A DNA stretch of 64,000 nucleotides from a virus. The translations under genes were made by a program, and so were the position numbers. Shown here in pieces: positions 60,501 through 64,000 of this stretch (position 1 is the stretch's first letter; each line of letters opens with the position of its first letter). Where the stretch lies: IMG/VR virus record IMGVR_UViG_3300032073_000007, positions 32,001-96,000 of that record. One strand, given 5' to 3'. The notes beneath the pieces are model-generated. The model did not search any database and was not told the origin of the DNA. It saw nothing but the letters and a program-made list of their open reading frames with translations.

Positions 60501-61328
60501 ACGAACCTCAAGAGCGGAGCTTGGAGAGGTTGTTCCGATTCCCAAGTTGCCAGTAATGAAAGAATTGCTACCATCTCCAGCTAATCTAACCGTTTCATTA
60601 GAACCTGTATCATACAGTCTTAGTTGACCACCCCCAGCAGAGAATTGAACTATTCTAGCAGCTAAATTATTATCGGCTTTTCTTATAGAGAAATCTGCTG
60701 ATGTCCCCACAATTGTCAAAGCATCATCAGGAGTCGATGTCCCTATTCCCACATTGCCAACTTGTGTAATTCTTACTTTTTCTGTGCCGTTGGTATAGAG
60801 CTGCATGAAGTCGCCGTGGTCGTTGCCATCAATACCCATATTTCTACCACCAGCGCTCCTAGCCCAAATTCCGAATTCAGCTCTTATGTGTTTACTGTTA
60901 GCTATTAAGTCATTTGCTTGAAAATCAAGTATCTCACCATTAGAATCAATAATGTTGTCTTGACTTAATGAGAGCTTGGAGCCTGATATATGTGCAACTT
61001 TTATGTCAGTTGTTGTCGTATTACCTCTACTAGTAACAGTTTGTAAAGTATCTGCTTCTGGTGATGCTCCTGTCATCACAGGGTTGCCACCAACAGTGAT
61101 TGCTGTTGAGAAATTTCCGCTTGTGCCATGAATAGCGCCCTCTACATCTAGTGTAAATTGAGGGTCTGTCGTTCCTATACCCACATTGCTGCCCGTAAAC
61201 CAAATGTTTCCCCCTGTAGCGTCTAACCTTATAGGCGCGGTAGAAGTATGAAAAGAATCATCACAACCTGCGACTCCAGTATTGAATTCGATTACTCCTG
61301 ATTGTGGGCTGATAATAATATTAGACAT
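51507..61328 (-). CDS. Giant modular tail fibre/adhesin (3273 aa)
   Basis: More than 20 G(N/K)VGIGT.P repeats separating variable modules; C-terminal KSFLIKHP...EGPENGVYFRG domain. Confidence 0.85.
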   Translation of the reverse strand: MSNIIISPQSGVIEFNTGVAGCDDSFHTSTAPIRLDATGGNIWFTGSNVGIGTTDPQFTLDVEGAIHGTSGNFSTAITVGGNPVMTGASPEADTLQTVTSRGNTTTTDIKVAHISGSKLSLSQDNIIDSNGEILDFQANDLIANSKHIRAEFGIWARSAGGRNMGIDGNDHGDFMQLYTNGTEKVRITQVGNVGIGTSTPDDALTIVGTSADFSIRKADNNLAARIVQFSAGGGQLRLYDTGSNETVRLAGDGSNSFITGNLGIGTTSPSSALEVRGGSIDIGTNDIKGAANSKIEMDAADGFTLTNPNNAHGVDIVADDLTFFGGGLGNRKITTNAGDLSIDPTADLLLNETAGNVGIGTDSPSTKFHLGSGIARFQNAGSNYIEVDGSVASANIARISSRFNRFEIVTNAGAGDPDISLMPAAGGNVGIGNNAPAEALSISTAAEAKDNNIDFLVSNSYNAGLLFRDPAGGRGSIISNTDNDLIFSTNGTGISAETMRIDSDGNVGIGTDSPDLSLSVAGSSQNQAIFGQDRTSGVSSIYVGSEASTNKCLAINYDNANNKAIFNIGGDYSSSPLVIDDGGKVGIGTTNPSQTLHVKGIGIIEDASSTSFGTLQFGTDTSRYVRGNSAEIQFGSTIQQLHFQKTNGPAQVASSAANGVTAIQLLARNVHTSANLLEVVNGNGQTADFVIDSAGNVGIGTTNPSSKLHVAGTASIDTLEYSSVVSVFGQSRIKLNELSDVFYKADLRFTVTGGSPSFFNGGFDQAGNLPTNTTNVINVNVAGQQGVPSNGITYPQGNVYISFYYTNHAYTAISLRHKSGGVYYSSTGTDVSTNSGYKVIKFPISTNNYLTDIEISITTDANLVKVAAINYLSDRWTTQLELPFVSKYLTSNTVFGEFGISGVSASSGPHLRLEGTYTTWELENQYTGGATNDMFRIRNTQLGSDALVINRLNNNVGIGTTNPSTKLQVAGTSQFDDNLNVANSTLSITAAAPNMLFVVPSGGLDSRIYNDGSGNFIIGHGTNSNNPTERLRINSSGNVGIGTNSPAEKLHVNGEVRVDANEGIATKKIRSSYFSSSQNLYLQSGASGDIILTSDKVGIGATSPQEKLDISGGNIRLDDGQRITWSTADANIGRVRIVGNESSDFLAFTTDNSERLRIDSSGKVGIGTTSPTAPLHLYQPSSTGMKFGRSGHDTIELALEGSNRFVINNDTDSSNLLTLMFDSGNVGIGTTGPASKLHVDGTVQVGVDDTGYDVKFYGNDSGEYMEWDASNARLNILHTDESAGLQVFTNAQVQTTQPQIKIGRSSNQYWGAYVDDRNAHLVHRQDETSGNMTTRFDQWDSNTSDNNGSWLWRVGNGSGASMQTAMTLTQAGDLTLGGSLTLGGTGRIQGIDTVSSGTDATSKTYVDNAITSGLGSYLPLAGGTLTGNLTIAKTDPTITLYDNSGANTDPNGTIIFSEVSNTTNFDINYNGADDRLEFRGRIGSTLTDLVHIKRSLTNTLQVLGTVTVDGGNITLGGTGRIQGIDTVTDSTDAANKAYVDAQVGSADTLQEVTDNGNTFSADLLYTNSGTAQKIDNNHYNGLMHFNASRNVGFQASTADIAHIHSFSETHFKFGSSHNSANTTTMLIKSDGDVGIGTTGPSSRLHISSARTTERVITESTNTSAYVGYRATNGSGYWEMQVDGSNQGLRWLDDGSERMRIDSSGNVGIGTTNPANQLHVVGTRIRLDSNAGGFYKYTGGGGFRFALYDDSSKTHLFADGDGSNPHMTFNAGFVGIATEDPQQELHVKGAALRLEEASGSRHLDIVPAVSGQHHRFTSTNTGAGYIFEYWNGSAATAMGSITSTGLTVNSGNISLGGTGRIQGIDTVTDSTDAASKGYVDSQVGSATLQEVTDNGNTTTNSVGIGTTSPSAKLDVSVTSGAAWMSLINGSETAFRLTTYNNGTSNGSNAYAFKHGLYYNTTENAAVTFYRGGSSTGGFLTFTTNAGNERMRIDTNGNVGIGTTNPIANLHVDGDVQVGNSNNPNAFGALQVNQATNVDEAGIGVLSASAGRSIRIWVDETRSYINSGNGGGGILVLNEGAGNVGIGTTGPTNKLEIKGSGGGTDVLNLNKGTGEGGIKFTFDGTNYVSYIRTKEFSTVADNYMALGVSNGNNTTGAEVMRLKGDGNVGIGTTSPSTKLEVAATATTSVDIAHFSNSNGVVKINHSLDGVGSGKISILDASNNEDIRLSAHGDSWFNAGKVGIGTTSPTFGKLEVYGNGANTTIAVHEDAGTHEARLHLRRGGSDWEIINNSDLAFEIESSEIARFKTNGNVGIGTATPDSRLDVTGGDITINTSGAGFMHFKYGSVGSESTVGTITTDGIDLRINSVADTIFQPTGNVGIGTITPNEKLEVNGSVRVGNVKIQNANGGRIGLNRNTSTGAIYNNTFGAFQIQNNDTTGFEIQGYNTGGSLTGLISMKQSDGYVGIGIASPTTKFHIDDNATAGTGLLVTGGGVGGPLAKFTRDVGGSGSVEISSRDSRPQIKLAASSNTFALGVNGSTFEIADNTTLGTNARLSITNTGNVGIGTTSPTATLDIKGDGAEIYLKSADYSVARIIPRGTGSNLDKGLLSLFDAGTEDVRIDTAGNSWFNGGNVGIGTTSPFSKLSINSNGAPTTSGNVASTGLTIHNGSGGTAIQIGTNDSAYSYIQSTYVNASNNLRELRFILGNTTALTLDTSTNATFAGNVNIAQANNLTAGSVITTSSTALTAVDNGKAIFGTGLDLQIFHDGNHSYIQDTGTGNFNLQSNSLRLLGADSSSMLIAHQGGAVNLYHNNSAKLETTSTGIYVGGNIQLLDSSSTSFGRITFGHGNDLQIYHDGSNSYINDTGSGGLRLSTNQFRVYNASTDELIINASENDAVELYYNNTKRFETTSTGVSITGGATLSGNVGIGTTSPEQELHVYQGTAKFESTNGNDESLELGRSDNSNLWKFNHAGNDLRIRNDGGTGYDILLGVNSGGTVINNKVGIGTASPSQKLTVGGSINTIAPMGVAAQWASSQIRLESTNTVDNTGWQGISFASSTVTNYGWSIGVNRSGSGRGSFRIYEHINSATGGERFSIEQDGNVGIGTNNPANKLDVSGGIAVGASYVGNTAPSNGAIIQGNVGIGVTSASYALQVGGSIVGSSKSFLIKHPTKEGKQLLHACIEGPENGVYFRGKSTSNILEMPDYWIGLVHIDSMTVDITAIGPNQDLYVESIADDGEVTIGSNTETPLNYFYVVYAERKDIGKLEIEIDDIEYSG

Positions 61329-61337
61329 CGTATTTTA

Positions 61338-64000
61338 TTACACTTTTAATGGTTCTATCTCTAGTTTATCTATATCTTTACGCTCTCCATAAACTACATA
61401 ATCAAAAGAACCTTCTGCTCCTCCAATTTTTATTAATTTATTTGATTTTTCTTTAATAAATAAATCTTGTTTCTTACCAATTGGGGTAAGAACGACAGTT
61501 ATAGAGTCCTCATGCACAAGTTCTGACCAGTATTCTGGGAGATCTATTGTTTCTTTGTCTGTTGTCCCTCTGACATAGACTCCGTTTTCTGGACCCTCTA
61601 AAGATGCGTATTGTAGTTTTTTGTCTTTTTGGGTCGGGTGGTCAATGATGAATGACTTGCTTGTTGCTGCAAAGTGGCCATTTACTTCCAGTTTAGAGCA
61701 AGGGTTTGTTGTTCCTATACCAACATAGCCACCACTCTTAATTTCCAGTAATGAATCCTCTGAAGTTCCTACTGAAAACCTCATTCCATTATCTAAACTT
61801 GCGATCTGTCCAATTTGAGCAGTATCTGATCTAAACCTTATGCTTGGTCTGTGGGAACCTGCTGTAGGATCATTATCTTGAATTGTTAAAAAATCAGTAT
61901 CATCATCTGTGTTCCCAACAATATCTAACTTACCTCTTGGACTAGTTGTTCCTATACCAACGTTTTGATTAGTATCAATCGTTATGGCTGTTGTATCAGC
62001 AGTCTCAAAAGATAAATTTTTACTAGCTATTGTGCCAACCTTTAAACCGTTAGTGTTATCGTATCTGATAAGAGAGCTATTGCTTGCTTGACTTAATCTT
62101 ATAGCAGCACCGTTAGTGTCGCTGTTAATATGTAATGTAGTTTTAGATCCGTTTGCAGACGGGCTGTTTGTTCCTATTCCAACGTTGCCAGATCCATCAA
62201 TACGAACTCTCTCAAGTCTATCTGTTATTATACCTATATTGTTTGTCGCTGGTAGATATAACCCCGACTCATCCCCAGTGGTATCGTCAAGTTGAATCGA
62301 AGGAGACGTTAATGCGCCCCCGTTTAATGCTTTAAATCTATCACCAGAGACAACACCATCTAAATGAATATTAGCACCTCCAATAGTAAAGTTGCCACTA
62401 TTGTCAACATAGATTGCCGCCTTATCGGTTCCAGTGTAGGTTTGGAAAACCATTGCTGTGCCTGCTGTAGAACTAACAAAAGGAGCATTACCATCTGGTT
62501 GTCTAAATCTTATTGTGCCAGCAAAAGATGATGCTTTGATTTCTAATTTACCAGATGGATTAGTTGTTCCTATACCAACGTTACCGCTTGCATCAATATT
62601 TAAATTATTAGCGTGTGTGCCAACTTGAAACCCAAATGATCCTTTGCTGTCTGCAGCGGATAAATAAATTTGTGTATCATCATCATAAATCCCTATAGCC
62701 GCTTTATTATCTAAAGAATTAAAAGAAGCTACTATATCATCTGTTGCTGTTTCTACATCTAATGTGTGGTTAGGTGAAGTAGTTCCTATACCAACTTTGC
62801 CGTCATTTTTAATGACCATTCTGTCGTTAACTCCTCCAGTAACGAAAACGTAATCATTAGCACTAAAATTTAATTGTTTGTATGCGGAGGCTGATCTTTT
62901 GTAACTGAATATAACATTTCTGTTATTAGCATCTTGCGGTATAAATTCTAAACCTGTTCCTCCTGAGTCTACTACGCTTAGTAAATTGGCTGGATTTGTT
63001 GTTCCTATACCAACGTTACCGTCAGTTCTTTTTATTACTAAAGCTTGAGAAACTTCTGCTGTTCCTATTTCTAATCTATTAGCAGAACCATCATACTTCA
63101 TCCACGCTTGATGAGCACCACCATCCGTTTCCGCGAAAGCAAGTTTACCACTATTTGCGGAGTTTCCTGTCACAGCGTTTATTAAAATTGTTGGATCAGA
63201 ATCTCCTTGGACATTTAATAAAGCGTTTGGACCCGTTGTTCCTATACCAACATTTCCTGTGTTTGTTATACTTAATCGTGGATTAGTTCCTAATTTATCA
63301 TTATCTGCTATTTCAAACGTGCTGCCATTAACGCCTAACGCAAAAGTATTAGATGAAGCCGCTAATTTAATTTGAGGGCGTGAATCACTAGAATTTATAG
63401 CTATCGTCCCACTACCACCAACATCACGGGTAAATGTAGCTAGTGCTTGTCCAAGGCCACCTCCAGTTAGCAGAAGACCTGTCCCAGTAGAAGCATCATC
63501 GTCGATGTGGAATATAGTGGATGGATTTGTTGTTCCTATACCAACGCTTCCTTCAAAATAGTTCTTATCACCTCCTACATATATACCATATGCATTTGCA
63601 CCTTTAGTTCCTTCGTAAGCACCTTTAAATAAATATTGATTACCAAAGTTAGGCACAGATCCTTCATTATTATCTATAATTGACGACACACCAATCATTG
63701 TGCCATAATTTATAGTGGAAGCTTTATCTATTGTAACTTCTCCTTCAACGCCTTTCGTGACACCAACATCAGCATCACCCCTACCAGAGGAAATAAGAAC
63801 TAAAAATTTTCCTCCAAAACTATTATCTACATCGCCTAAATCTTGGACATTGCTATATCCATAAACTCCATACATATTTGATACTCCTCCAGAGGTAGAG
63901 GCTGCATCATGTATTGCTTGTCCGTAAACTCCTATTAATTGACTTGTTTTTGCTCCTGTATAGTTTGATTCAGCGAGAAAATACCCACCACGAACTATAT
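61338..64000 (-). CDS. Second modular tail fibre, 5' end beyond the window
   Basis: Same repeats and C-terminal KSFIIDHP...EGPENGVYVRG; the frame stays open from 63875 to the window edge. Confidence 0.85.
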   Translation of the reverse strand, partial: IVRGGYFLAESNYTGAKTSQLIGVYGQAIHDAASTSGGVSNMYGVYGYSNVQDLGDVDNSFGGKFLVLISSGRGDADVGVTKGVEGEVTIDKASTINYGTMIGVSSIIDNNEGSVPNFGNQYLFKGAYEGTKGANAYGIYVGGDKNYFEGSVGIGTTNPSTIFHIDDDASTGTGLLLTGGGLGQALATFTRDVGGSGTIAINSSDSRPQIKLAASSNTFALGVNGSTFEIADNDKLGTNPRLSITNTGNVGIGTTGPNALLNVQGDSDPTILINAVTGNSANSGKLAFAETDGGAHQAWMKYDGSANRLEIGTAEVSQALVIKRTDGNVGIGTTNPANLLSVVDSGGTGLEFIPQDANNRNVIFSYKRSASAYKQLNFSANDYVFVTGGVNDRMVIKNDGKVGIGTTSPNHTLDVETATDDIVASFNSLDNKAAIGIYDDDTQIYLSAADSKGSFGFQVGTHANNLNIDASGNVGIGTTNPSGKLEIKASSFAGTIRFRQPDGNAPFVSSTAGTAMVFQTYTGTDKAAIYVDNSGNFTIGGANIHLDGVVSGDRFKALNGGALTSPSIQLDDTTGDESGLYLPATNNIGIITDRLERVRIDGSGNVGIGTNSPSANGSKTTLHINSDTNGAAIRLSQASNSSLIRYDNTNGLKVGTIASKNLSFETADTTAITIDTNQNVGIGTTSPRGKLDIVGNTDDDTDFLTIQDNDPTAGSHRPSIRFRSDTAQIGQIASLDNGMRFSVGTSEDSLLEIKSGGYVGIGTTNPCSKLEVNGHFAATSKSFIIDHPTQKDKKLQYASLEGPENGVYVRGTTDKETIDLPEYWSELVHEDSITVVLTPIGKKQDLFIKEKSNKLIKIGGAEGSFDYVVYGERKDIDKLEIEPLKV

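Noticed and set aside
53630-63546. Diversity-generating retroelement TR/VR pair
   Set aside because: Differences between the duplicated modules are not adenine-specific, both copies are internal coding sequence, and there is no reverse transcriptase in the window.

Overview
This window is a 64-kb segment of a large, AT-rich tailed dsDNA bacteriophage; a long tape measure with no visible sheath gene suggests a siphovirus-like virion (inference). Positions 767-33231 form a minus-strand late operon: PhoH, a sigma factor, the terminase region with an ERCC4 nuclease, portal, protease/scaffold, capsid, neck, two tail-tube-like genes, a trypsin-like protease, tape measure and tail-tip genes. Its genes are repeatedly preceded by a GTGTAA motif. 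Positions 33425-40553 form a plus-strand early island of small leaderless genes, most with their own sigma70-type promoter. The island is punctuated by six 79-bp double-palindrome elements and carries unusual RNA genes: a 65-nt tmRNA reduced to its tRNA-like domain, a tRNA-like RNA with an insert in the anticodon arm, tRNA-Ile2(CAT) and a candidate structured RNA. Positions 40636-51463 hold accessory genes (SprT, HNH, DenV-like glycosylase, RuvB, MazG, glycosyltransferases, tRNA-Leu). The window ends in two modular GNVGIGT-repeat fibre genes. All functional calls come from motif recognition by eye; no database searches were run.
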